DNA from: the human T2T-CHM13v2.0 reference genome, Homo sapiens
Strand: one strand, 5' to 3'
NCBI RefSeq assembly: GCF_009914755.1
Contig: NC_060937.1
DNA length: 64,000 bases
Part shown: positions 39,222 through 51,896 of the stretch, piece by piece
Layout: every line of letters begins with the position of its first letter
How positions within the stretch are numbered: the stretch's first letter is position 1
Notes under the pieces: generated by a model
Told to the model about the DNA's origin: nothing
Databases searched by the model: none
What the model saw: the letters and a program-made list of their open reading frames with translations, nothing else
Made by a program: the position numbers and the translations under genes

Positions 39222-42200
39222 ACCTCAAGCAAGTTGTTAGAGGTGGATTTGTAGGTACACAACAGGCATCAGGAGGAAGGTTTAGGGGCAGGAGACCTCT
39301 TCTGTGTACCTCCCACTACCTCATGTCGGCAGCCATCTTCCCATTTGGCCTATATTAAGGTCATACCTATTGTTGTTGGTCCTTTATCCTTGCTTTGTGG
39401 AGGACCATCATGAAATCAAAATATTCTTCAGTGAATACTTTGCAGCTTGGAAGGTGCTTTTATTTACATTATCCCACTTGACTACGGATTCTACACACCA
39501 GATGCTAGGTTCATCCCAGAAGAGAGGCCGGGTCCAGCCCCCTGCCCCTAAGACCACCTCTAGTATGATCTTATCTAGCTTGTTTTTATGATGCAATGTT
39601 AATGCAGCCACTGCCCATAAGGGGACACATGAATCTGAAGGTATTTTCCATGCATGATTAACTTTTAAAGTTATGTTGTATTCCTTGGCCTAAGCAAGGT
39701 GTGACTGACCTTATGGCATCTGTAGTAGCCAAGGGTTGACATTAGAGAGGATGAAATAAGCAAGTGGTAATGGCTCTCAGGAATTATGGTAACAAGGAGA
39801 AGAGGATGGTTCTTCACTGCTAAGCAGCTTGACTAGGTGAGAGACAGCCAGCATCTTACTGCTTCCTGGCACATGGAGTGTTCCACTGAGAATCACAGGC
39901 AGACTCAGGCAACCAGCCACTTTTCAAATGGGCTGTCTTCTGTAGTGCTGTTCCACCACCATTCTGTGGGCCCAACTGTTGCCATTCTGGGGGATCTGCC
40001 ATTGCTAGCTTAATTCCATTCACTTCAATTCAATTGCTGTTATGAAAGGCCTACTAGTGCTATTCCCCTGAGAATCTATAGAGACAGGGTAGAACTCTTG
40101 GATGAAAAGGTGAGGGCTTAGGACATCTGGTTAGTGGAACTTACTTATTTTTGGGCCTCTTTCATCAAGTAACACCAGCTGATGCCTAGGAGTGTGGGAG
40201 TCATATCGGCTTTGTTGTCGTCTGTTAGAAACTCTTCGTGTTCACAAAAAAAAAAAAAAAAGCAGCCTTGGAGAAATCTTCAACCCAGAAGGAGTTAAGC
40301 TGTGTGTCTGCACAGCGCAGCTTTGTTCTGGCAAGGTCCCATCAGTTTAGGTCATTTCTGATGACTTCACTCTCCTGGTGACATCAGCCTCTAATCTCCT
40401 GAAGGTGAATTCATGTGCGATTGCTTCAAAATACTCACTCCCTGAGTTCCGAGCCGTTCCCGTTGATATATGGACAGAGCTTGTCTTTCCCAGGCCACAG
40501 TCTGGTTTGTGCACTGCATTTGTGCTTACCGTATCATATTACCATGTGGACATTATGTCACTAACTGGCACAACCGGCTCAAAATGAAATATGCTTGCTG
40601 CAAGCAAAAACCCAAAAGCTAACATCAACTCTCCCCACCCCCTACCCCAGGTACAAAATAAAAGGGCTAGAGGGATGGCTGGACTAGATTTTGGTTTAAT
40701 ATGTTTCTAACTGTTCTCTCCCTCCTCTGCCTTTCTGTGGCCTGAATGTTGATAGTAACTTTATCATCCTTTTCAGTCCTTTATACCCACTAACTCTTGA
40801 AAATGTTTGGTCACTGATGGCACAAATTAAATGTAAGACTTTGGAATAATTTAGTTTAGCCTCTTCCTAAAATATCAAGTCTGTGAACTCAAGTAACCTT
40901 TTTACCTTCTAAGACCACTTTCTTTTCTTTGTCTTTCAAATGTCATAAAAGAATACAGAGTAGAAATGAAAGCAGCCTGGGCTTATTGGGTAGGTGCCAG
41001 GAATTAGCTTTGACAAAGATGGTGTTCTGTGCACTTGGCCCAAGCTGACAGGCATGCAGATGCCTCTAGAAATTGTGGGAGATGAACTGGAAGTATCCCC
41101 AGAGTTTGTCCAGTCTTAGGGTGGTGTAAGTACATTTTAGGCCCTTCTCCTGTTATCCACAGGCTGTGTTGACACCCTCTTGTGTCACCAGGGATTCAGA
41201 ATGCCACAGTGCCTCCCTGACCACTATCATCCTCCTGCTGCCCCCACTCTGGGGCAGAAGAGGGTAGTCTGTCTACAGAGAAGCAGAGTCCCCACACCAC
41301 TTCCAGGATCCCAAGCACCCATTTATTTTGATTAATAGCTCTTGGCAGTAGACAGTAGCTTCTGGAATACAGAACTGGCCGGGTACACACTGAGGTTTAA
41401 AATCACATCAAGAAAATAGCATACTAACACAGGATTGTTAAGGGGAGAAACTGGTGTTCAAACAATAAAATACTACTCTCACTGTTTATCTTTGTTTCAT
41501 TTTGAAGGAAATAAAGAAATGAAACCTTACAAGTGTAGCAGCCCAGTTATCAAATAGTCATAGCCACAGACACTCAGTTTTGGGGTCAGCCCACAGACTA
41601 TGGGGGTACTTTCTCTGCCTCTGCACAAAATAAATGTTGAGGCTCTCAATTTTTTGAGGACGGAAATAAAATCCCTGGATGCTTGCAAATATATTTTTTA
41701 ATGCAGGGATAGCTAGGTTTTCTGAGTTTCAGTTCTGTTTCAGCTGGGGTGCGGGTGGGGGATGGCCTGCATCACAGGGGAAACTGGTGGAATCTTAGTC
41801 CAGGAGGCTGGCGCCATTACCATTCACATCAGCTCATGATATACAAAGGTACCAGACTTTTTTTTAAGGCCCAGTATAAAGTAATCCAACTTTCTTTCTC
41901 CTGCTGTATATCCAAGGAGGTGGAAGTATTAAAGAACCCTTTTATACCTTCTCAATGCCATTCTCTTTCTTGGTTCATGCAGGAAAAAAAAAGAAAAAAA
42001 AAACACAGAAGACAGACTAGAGAAAAAAAAAACCCAAAAATCTAATTAAAATACAAAATTAATAAAACATTCTCATGTGCTCAAATCCTACATCTTCTCT
42101 TCTAACAGCATGGCTGTTATATATGCACCTGCTTACTCTCCTTCCCCAGTAAAGAAACAGCATCTCCTTGCTCCAGAGGAATTGGAATTTCCCACTTCCC

Positions 42201-43369
42201 GACTTCTTGCTCCCTGCAAGCTACTTGAGGACCACAAAGGCTGAGCCTTCTTGTTTGACTGGGAAGACTGGAAGAGCTCTACCTTTCTAGCAGAGAAATG
42301 CCTCCTGTGGACAGTGGGCCATAGCCACACATGGGATAGAAGACGTGAGGGGTGTCTGACTTTTGGAAAGAGCTGAGCACTGGATGAGACTTATATTTTT
42401 CCCATGTACCTTACTGGGGTTGTACCTGGAGAGGGAGTGCTTCTTTTCATTTCTGGAGGTAGAGTGCGATTTGCTTTTGCAGTTGGAGAGGCAAGGAAAA
42501 GCTGCCAGTGTCTGTAGCAAGCTAGGTAATTTGCGTATAACATCACTCCTTTGATGACGGCATCAATCGCTTTGCTTGACTGATTCTGCGAACTAGTGGG
42601 TTCTTTGATGAGTGTGCCTTGCCCTCAGTTTGCTGAGCACTCTTCCTCAGGGTGGGATCTCTAAGCCATAAACAAGGAGTATTTCCCCTCCAGTTTAAGA
42701 TCACAGGTTGACTTCATCGTATCCACTGTCTCACCAGCTTTCTCCATTCGCCAGCCCAGCCCAAGGGCAGCACAGCCTTGAAGGCACCAAATAGGGAAAG
42801 CATGCCACTCCGTACCTCCTTCCTGACATCTTCTGCTTAGATTAGGCTCATGCCAGGGTCAGAGCCAGCTGCGCCATCACACCCGATGCAGCCTTGGGAC
42901 GTGCTGGAGGTGTAGGGGAGAGGAAGGCTGCCCCCAAATGCTGATCTGCATGTGTGCATCCACCAAAGCATGTGATGGGAACACTCTTATCAGCAGATCT
43001 TTCATCCCAGCCCTGCCACCACTGCCGTGTGACCCTGAGCTAGGAGCCTACTCCACACAAGGTGTTTCTCGTTTGTCCTGAGACTCTAGCTCTGAAGGGA
43101 AAGAGTTCCTGTTGGGGCCATCGACCCCCATAGCCACTGGGATAAACACTGATGTAGTTGTTGCTCAACTAATGAGTGAAGGAACCAATACGGCCAAAAA
43201 ATTTTTTGAAACGTGTGCCCTCCCTAGAAGGTCAGCTGGGGCCCCTGTTTTGCATGCACAGGCCTGCCCTGCCCTGCCACCCTACCAAGTTTCTTTGAGT
43301 TTGTAATTTGGTCTGAGACTAGAGATGTCATCTGATATGATATTCCCACCCAGGGAAAGTCACCTTGGG

Positions 43370-43530
43370 AGGAACTCTTGTTATCCCTGGTGCTCAGCAA
43401 AAGCCTGCTGGCTCCTTGAGTGCTGGGACACTCATGTCTCAACAAGGCACCGTCACTCTTGTGTCCCCGTGCCTAGAGCAGGGCCTGGCAGGCAGGCACT
43501 CAGGAACAACTTGATGAATTGAGTTGTTGA
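43370..43530 (+). mobile_element. L2 3' tail fragment
   Basis: CCTAGAGCAGGGCCTGGCA..GGCACTCAG..TTGATGAATTGA. Confidence 0.6.
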
Positions 43531-44469
43531 AGTCAGCTAAATCTTTCTGTACAGGTGCAAAACTTGCTGTTCAAAATAAATCCTAAACATGAAAACAGAA
43601 AGCTATAGACAAAATCCTAAGTTCCAGTGATCTCAGGGAGGCAAAACCTGTCATTCTTTGAAAGAACCTATTTGGATATGTATATGTTAATATATGTGTA
43701 TGTATAAGTACACCTACATCTCTTCCATCTGACATGTTTTAATAGTGTGCTTATGGAGTGGGTTTCCGAAAAGAGCTAAGTCTAAAGGAGAGAACCTACA
43801 GTTTTCTCCCAAATGGGGGCATCTCACTATAGCATCATGGAGTTTGCTGTTTAACCTCTCTGTTAAGCAATTCAAGGAGTTACCTTCTATGGAGGTGGCT
43901 TCTCAGATTATTTTTTTCCTATAATATCCTCCTCCAGCTGCTTCTTGACAAAGAAGCACTTGTTTATTCACTCCACACAATTTTTTTTGCAAGTCTTTTC
44001 ATTTTTGTTAATAAGTTTCATTTTCTATTTAGCTTTCTGACTCTGTGCTTGTGCCTTCAACACTTTCACAATGATTTTCTCTTCGTCGATAAGGAAAGCA
44101 TGCTTGATCCTGTCATGAACACATTTAGCATACATGGAACCACCATAGGCCCTGCTGACATATTTCTTTGTTTTGGACAATCTCATAGGAATTTTAGGTC
44201 TTACAGCATGAACCCCTCAAAGTCTGCCTGGGCACATACCACATGTAGATTTTGGTGCTTTCCCAACCTTCTTGGTATAAAGGTAAATGATTCTATTACC
44301 AGGGGTTCCAGACAGCTTAGTTTTGTTAGAGGTTGTATTGTAGGAAAGCCTATGTTGGTGTGTCAAACGCAGGACCATTCTGAGTGCCTGCAGACAATGT
44401 CCCCGGAAGAGGAAGAAGAAAACCTTGCGAACCTTGCGAGGTCCTCCACATAATTTTTAATATTAAGAT

Positions 44470-44662
44470 TGCTTGCTTATTTGTTTATTCTCTCTCTCTA
44501 GTCCCCCTCCCTGGACCCTCACCACCCTGCCCAGCACTAGGCACTAGGAGCACTCCATGAGGGCAGTGATTATGCCTTATTCCCCATTGAAACCTCAGCA
44601 CCTTGTCCAATGCCTGGAACACAGAAAGATGCTTAATGTTGGTGTGCTTAATGAATGAATTG
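44470..44662 (+). mobile_element. L2 3' tail fragment
   Basis: CTCCATGAGGGCAG..TGCCTGGAACACAG..TGAATGAAT. Confidence 0.7.
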
Positions 44663-44877
44663 CTAGGAACAAATGACTTGTGAAAACACAGGGGTGCCTC
44701 TCCTGGCTTGGTTTATTACCCTGGATGCTGACAACCATCAGCACATGTGAAAAAACAATTTAAAATCAATTCTCTGGTGAATCAAGTTTTGGCAGTGGGT
44801 GATTGGTGTTTGGCCAATAGCCTCTCCTCGAAGGCATTATTCACACATAAGGCATAGAAGCCTGGCCGAGAGGTCTT

Positions 44878-45875
44878 CTTTTTTTTTTTTTTTTAACTTA
44901 GTATTGTAAAAAAAATTTTATTGTGGTAAAATACACATAAGATTTACAATCTTAACCCTTTTTAAGTGTACAGTTCAGTGGCATTAAGTATATTCACAGT
45001 GTTGTACAACCATCAGTCTCCAGAACTCATCTTCCCAAACAGAAACTCTGTACCCATGAAACACTAACTCCCCTCCTCCCTCCCCCAAACCCCTAGCAAT
45101 GGCCATTCGACTTTCTGTCTCTATGAATTTGACTGCTCTAAGTACCTCTTATAAGTGGAATCACATGCTATTTGTCTTTTTGTGACTGTATTATTTCACT
45201 TAGCTTAATGTCCTTAAGATTCCTCTATGTTGCAGCATGAATCAGAACTCCCTTCCTTCTTAAGGCCAGATACTATTCCATTATCGGCATACCATACTTT
45301 GCTTATTTATTCATACATCCATGGACACTTGGGTTCTTCCACTTTTTGGTCATTGTGAATAATGCTGCTATGAAAATGTGTGTACAAATATCTGCTTTCA
45401 ATTCTTTTGAGTATATACCTAGAAGTGGAATTACTGGATCATATAGTAGTTCTATCTTTAATTCTTTGAGGAACCTACATACTTTTTTCCATAGCGACTA
45501 TACAGTTTCACATTGCTACCAATAGTGCAAAGAGTTCTGATTTCTTCACGTCCTCATCCACACTTTATTTTCTGGGTATTTTTTTTTTTTTTGGAAATAG
45601 CCCTCATAATGGGTGTGAGATAGTATCTCATTATGATTTTGATTTGTATTTTCCTAATGATTAGTGATGTTGAATATCCTTGCCATTTGTATATCTTTAG
45701 ATAAACGTCTATATAAGTCCTTTGCCCATTTTTAAATTGGTTTCATTGTGTTTTAGGAATTTATATATTAGGTTGGTGCAAAAGTAATTGTGGTTTTTAC
45801 CATTACTTTTATTGGCAAAAACTGCAATTACTTTTGTACCAATTTAATACTTTGAGTATTTATTCCTTATCAGAT
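44878..45875 (-). mobile_element. L1MB/MA-type 3' end
   Basis: TTTAAGTGTACAGTTCAGTGGCATTAAGTA, CCTAGAAGTGGAATTACTGGATCATA. Confidence 0.88.
45768..45847. mobile_element. MADE1 MITE nested in L1
   Basis: 80-bp near-palindrome TTAGGTTGGTGCAAAAGTAATTG...CAATTACTTTTGTACCAATTTAA with TA TSD. Confidence 0.95.
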
Positions 45876-45879
45876 TCTG

Positions 45880-47900
45880 TGTTGCAACTATACATCAACT
45901 TAGAAAAAATGACATCTTAAAAATATTGAATCCTCCAATTCATGAGCAAGTATGTTTGTTCATTTATTAAGACCATCTTAAATTTTTAGCAATGTTTTAT
46001 TATTTTTGGTGTATAGCTTCTTTATATTTTTGTCAGATTTATTCCTAGAATTCTGTATTCTTTGATGTCATTGTAAATTGTATTGATTTTGAATTTCATG
46101 TTTGGATTTTTCATTGCTTATATACAAAATACAATTAATTTTGTATACTAGTATTGCAATGCTGTAATCTTGCTATATTAGTTAGCACACTTACTAGTTC
46201 TAGTAGCTTCTTTGTACATTCCGGCAGATTTTCCACACAGATGATCTTGTCATTTTCTTGCTTTTACTTCTCTATTTCCAATCTTTATGCCTTTAGTTTG
46301 GACTTCATTACATATTGTGCTGGTGGGAATCTTCAGTATAATGCTGAACAAAAGTGGTGAGAACAGATATCCTTGTTTTGTTCCTGATCTTAGGGGAAAG
46401 GAATTCAGTCTCTCACGATTAAGTGGGATGTTGGCTGTAGATTTTTTGTACATGTCCTTCGTTTATTTGAGGAACTTTTCTTCTGTTTCTAGTTTGCTAA
46501 GGGTTTTTATCAGAATGAAGGTTGCATGTTGTCAAATGCTTTTTATACATGTATTGAAATGATATATAGTTTTTCTTTTTTAGTTTGTTAATATGGTGAA
46601 TTACAGTGATTGATTTTGGAATGTTAAATCGGCTTTGCATTCCTGGGACAAACCTCACTTGGTCATGATGTATTATCCCTTTTATATATTGTTGAATCTG
46701 ATTTTCTAAAATTGCATTGAGAATTTTTACATCTGTTTTATGAAGAATATTAGGTTGTAGTTTTCTTTTCTTGAAATATTTTTGTTTAGTTTTGTTATCA
46801 GTGCAATGCTGGCCTTGCAGAATGAATTGGGAAATCTCCTCTCTTCTTTAATTTTCTGGAAGAGTCTATGTACAAATGGCATTATTTCTTCCTTAAATGT
46901 TTAGTTGAATTTACTTGCCATTAATCCCTTCCAGTGCAGTTTTTGTCTCTAGGAGTCTGATTTAGGTCTTTAAAAATAACTCCTCCATTTCTGTTAAACT
47001 TTTTGAATATATGGAATACAATTTTAATATCTTTTTAAATTCCTTTGCCTGTTAATTTTAACATCTGTGTCAGTTTTGGGTTGTTTTTGACTAATTTTTC
47101 TCCTCAATGTTTTCTCATTTCTTTGCATGCCCAATAACTTTTGTTTGAATGGCAGACATTGTGATGGTTATTTTTTTTTATTCCTATACATGTTTGGGCT
47201 TTGTTCTGAGATGCAGTTAAGTTACTTAGAAACTGATCCATTTATGGCTTACCTTTCATATTTGGAAAGCAAGACTAGAACATCGTTTAGCTTAGGGCTA
47301 ATAACCTTCTACTACTGAGGCAACATCTTTCTGAATATTCTACTCAATTATATGTAAAATTATAAGGTTCTTCAATCTAGTTACTGGCAACAGTCACTTT
47401 TTCTGACCTCATGTGAGCTCCAGTTGCTGTTCTTTGTAATTCTTTTAGATGGTTCTTCCCCTGGTCTCTGCTAGCTTCCTCAGCTGTGTGCACTGATTAG
47501 TACTCTGTTGAATATTCAGGGGGACCATCTACAGATGTCTGATTCTCTTTCCCTGCAACTCTTTGTCCCCTCTCTGTCCTGCCAACTTTAGCCATGTTGG
47601 TCTTTCCAAACCCTTGCTTCATTTCTTCATTGTAGGGAATCGTTGAGCTGCACTGGAGTTTCTCATTCCTATGATATGGCCTGGAAACTTTCATGTCAGT
47701 AAGTTAGGGCTTTGGTAGGGTTCTTCTCATTCGTTTTCTATCTTATGTCTTCTGTTGGGTTCTGTCATGATGATTATTCACTATTGTGTTCACTTTCTTG
47801 TTTCATTGAACATATTTTTAATATTTTATCCAGTTTTTCTAGTTTGCTTTTGTAGATGGTTTGGTAGTAATTACCTAGTCTGCAATTATTGGAATAAGAG
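45880..47900 (-). mobile_element. Old L1M fragments including ORF2 RT region
   Basis: ORF 46250..46453 (TANIPLN..FPLRSGTKQGYLFSPLLF) matches the L1 RT motif; the distal part is less certain. Confidence 0.8.
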
Positions 47901-49781
47901 GCCTCAGACCTTTTAATTTCAACAAAGTTTTTTTCCAGAGAAGTGAGCAGCTATTTCAGGTCTGCTGGAGTCCTAAGGTAGAGTCCAATTGGGATTGAGA
48001 GCTGACCATCTGGCCAGTCTGCAAGTTCTTGCAGAAGAACCTACTGCTGAGGACTGAGGAGTGTGGGAGTGAGAGGGTGCTTGTTCTGAGGGGAGAAGGA
48101 GCCGGAAATGACAGCCTTGCTAGAGAACTGAATCATGGTTATCAGAGAGGAGGAGAAAGAGTGAGAATGCTGCCACATACTCATAGTTCTTTCCTGTTCA
48201 GATCCCATTCGATTTGTGAAGTGTGACATTGAGAGTCTGTTAAAATTGAAATGCACTTTTATAAAAATTCTGCAAAATATGGAGCCATAGGCTCTCTATC
48301 AACAGGTGGGAGTGAGAGGCAGTGAAATCTGAGTTATGACTGTTAAGGTGACTGTTTAAGTATACCCAGGCTGTGAGGCCTGGGGGAAATCAGGTTACAC
48401 AGAAGCCAAGTTAACCCGGATCCAGCTCCACCTTGCAGAGTTTCGTTAACAGAAGGGGTCCTTGGTACAAACCCGCTGCCGGTCAGAAACTGGCCTGAGG
48501 CCAGAAACTCATTTTACCTTAACCTCAGAATGTCCATCAGATGATGAGGTTCTTGCCTAGGACGGATATTTTTCTAAGTTGGTACTCAGAGATTGACTTA
48601 AGAGTCCTTAAAATTTCACAATGAGTCACACATAAGGCCAGGTTTGCTGAAACCGAAAGTGTTGAAACTGCCTGGGGGCAATTTGTCGGTAACCTGTAGG
48701 CATTTGAGAAGCTATGAAAAGGATTAATATAATGCATAAAATGAAAGACAAGCAGTGGGGGTGGGGAGTGAGAAAACTATTTCCAGTGAACATAGCCCTA
48801 GTTCAGAAGACGAAATCTATATTTCACTCAGCAGAGGGTACAAATCTGTATTACATTAACTCAGCAATTCTAACCAAAACAAAGACAGGATGGCAAATAT
48901 TTAAACAGTGATTAAACAGTGCCCAGGCAATAGGAAATGTCTGCTCTTGCCAACTGTTTGCTTGAATGAAATAAAATAAATAAGGGGCATACAAACTGTG
49001 TCTTCCTGGTTGTTCTCAGGGACCTTCTCTGGCATAGGGGCAGCTCCCTCAATCATGAACTTGAGTCTCATGGGTCCCATTAGAAATAGCCTAATGAGAA
49101 AGAACTCTGAAAACTGTTAATGGCTAACAGGGTACAGAATATGTATTTTTCTTTTAACGTATTTTACGTATATAAATGGCAGGGTACAATCAGAGCAGAT
49201 TTCCCCACCAGGAGGTTGAATGCTTAATTCAAAACAAACGCCTATTGAATTTGATAGTAGATCTCTCCCCTCTCTCCCTAATTTGGCTTTTTGCCAGCTG
49301 TTAATCTAATTGCAGGGGTGGCAGCCTGAGATTCTGTGGCCCTCTAGGGCAACTCAAAGTACATATTGTCATTACTAATTATTATATAGTGTTGCTGTGA
49401 TTAAAAGCACCACTGTCCTTTGAAAAGCCTCAAATGAGATGACAGCACAGAAGCACCTGAGTGTGCCCCATAAACTGATATTCTATTTGCTGTGCCATTA
49501 AAGTTCAACAATGCCATTATGTCTTAAGTGACAATGAAAAGTTCCCATTCCAGCTTTTAGTCAGAATGACCACAAGTTTGATGAAACCCCACTCAACCTC
49601 TTCTCCAGTCATCTTGAAAGTGAAGCTGTTTGGTGTGTTGGTGTGAGGTAACTAACCATGGTGCTACTATGCGCTTTTGTAGGCAGAGCTGGCCTGGTGA
49701 CTTAATTCACATTGGGACACTTACTGTCACATTCATCGCACTGGATTAAATACTGCAACTGAACAGCCAAAAGAAGAGGTA

Positions 49782-50796
49782 TCGCTATAGGTTGAGTGAT
49801 ATCTTCCCCTCAAAAGATGTGTAGAAGTCCTAATCCCCATTTCCTCAGAATGTGACGTTATTTGGCAATAAGGTCGTTGTAGATACAATTAGTTTAGATG
49901 AAGTCGTACTGGAGTAGGGTGGGTCCCAAACCAAGATAACTGGTGCCTTTATAGGAAGGGGAAATTTGTACACAGGGAGAACGTCTTGAACATAAAGACA
50001 GAGGTGGGGAGATGTAACTCCAATCCAAGGGATGCCAAAGATTGCCAGCCAACCACCAGAAGCCAGGAGAGAGACCTGGGACAGGTTCTCCCTCACAGCA
50101 GAGTGGGCTCATGTCTTAGCCTGTTTGAGCTGCTATAACAAAATACCATAAACTAGATGGCTTATAAACAACAGATATTTATTTTTCATAGTTCTGGAGG
50201 CTGGGAAGTCTGAGATCAAGATACCAGCAGATTCAGTGTCTAGTGAGGGCCCATTTCCTGGTCCACTGATGGTGCCTTCTGACTGTGTCCTCACATAGGG
50301 GAAGGGGCAAACTAGCTCTACGGGGTCTCTTTTATAAAGGTTCTAATCCCATTCATGAGGGCTCCTCCCTCATGGCTTCTCAAAAGTCACCACCTCCTAA
50401 TACCATCAACTTGGAGGTTAGGATTTCAACATATGAGTTTTGAGGGGACACAAACATTCAGACCAGAGTAGCCCCTAACCCAATATGACTGGTGTCTTTA
50501 TAAGAAGGTGGCTTTGTGAAGACAGAGACACATGAGGAGAATGCCACGTGACAACTAAGGCAGAGACTGGCATTAATGCAGTTACAAGCCAAAGAATGCC
50601 AGAAATTGCCAGTGAATCACCAGTAGCTAGGAGAGCAGCAAGGAAGGACACTCACCCGCAGGTTTAGGGGGGAACATGTCCCTGCTGACACCTCAATTTT
50701 ACACCTCTAGCCTCCAGAATTGTGAGAGAATATGATTCTGTTTTAAGCTGCTCAATGTATGGTGCTTTGTTATGGTAGCCCTAGGAAAGGAATACA
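49782..50796 (+). mobile_element. Composite MLT1B/MLT1C-like LTR sequence
   Basis: CAGAATGTGACGTTATTTGGCAATAAGGTC 5' part; CTAGCCTCCAGAATTGTGAGA..GCCCTAGGAAAGGAATACA 3' end. Confidence 0.8.
50112..50470 (-). mobile_element. MLT1A-like LTR nested in the opposite orientation
   Basis: TGTCTTAGCCTGTTTGAGCTGCTATAACAAAATACC...GGGGACACAAACATTCAGACC. Confidence 0.88.
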
Positions 50797-51299
50797 GTCA
50801 GGAACACTCTTGTCCATAGGCAACATGGGATGTAGCAATGTATGGCCAAATCTTTCTCCTCCCACCATACAGAACACATTCATTCAAAGAGTATAAATTG
50901 GCCCAAGCTTAATAGACATTCTCTTTTTTACTAGTGGGTCAACACAAGTATAGGCCAGGTTAGTTCTATAGATAAAACAGAATTTGAAATGTGTAATGTT
51001 AAAGCCAAAGGTCCAATGGCTATTTATTCCACATTCTATATAACTACCCTAACTCAAGCAGCCGCTCTAAAACCCCAGTGACTAGGACCCTGAAAAAGTG
51101 TTCTTTAAAGTGTCAGAACAGAGATTCAGACTCTCAGAATTTGCTGTTTCAGTTTGAGAAGATGAAGAGTTTGAAGATGAGAAGACTCAAATTTGAGTCC
51201 AGCACCCAGCTGCCAGTCTAGCAGCCCATTGTAGCCCCCAGAGAATGAAAATGGAATGCTTGGTCCAATCCCCATGGTGGGTGTCCTCCAGGAAGCTCT

Positions 51300-51893
51300 G
51301 GGGTTCCCAACTGGCCTCCAGCCATACCAGGGCCATATAGATTCCTTAAAATAAATATCTATTTGTGTGTTGCCTTTTGGTGGCTCTGATCATCTATAGC
51401 ATCAAGTCTAAGCATGATGCTTGAATAAGCCTCCATGATTTATGCCCCCTCTGGGCTCTGGGCTCCTGTTGCATCACACTGTCCCTTTAGCTTTATATCT
51501 AGTTACACAAAATTACTTGTTGTTTCCACAATAAAGCCTTATGTGTCTTGTCTTTGTGACCTTAACTATCACTTAAATTGACAATGCCCTTTCCTTCTTT
51601 TCCTACTGAAACAACCCTAGTTAATCTTCAAAATATTCATAAGGGACACTTTCCTATGAAAGCCTTCTTTGACAACATCCTCCAGATAGACTTAATACCT
51701 TTTTTCTTTGTATAATTTTTTACCTGCTCCTTTACTGTGCATCTCAAACTATATTTAATAATTTGTTTATAATCATCTTTTAATTAAACTGTGAGATCCT
51801 TGAGGGCAGGAATTGTATTTTATTTATATAGGATGCCCAGTAGTAAGCATAGTGCCTATACCTGTACAGGTGATTAGTAACTGTTTAAATGAA
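51300..51893 (+). mobile_element. L2 3' fragment
   Basis: ACTGTGAGATCCTTGAGGGCAGG..AGCATAGTGCCT..AAATGAAT. Confidence 0.75.
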
Positions 51894-51896
51894 TTC

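Noticed and set aside
40246-40262. Isolated poly-A run as a retrocopy tail
   Set aside because: No TSD, and upstream sequence does not resemble a small RNA or mRNA end that I recognise
44049-44453. 134-aa ORF in unique sequence, with a 9-bp tandem AACCTTGCG
   Set aside because: Non-ATG start, no homology recognised, no exon structure
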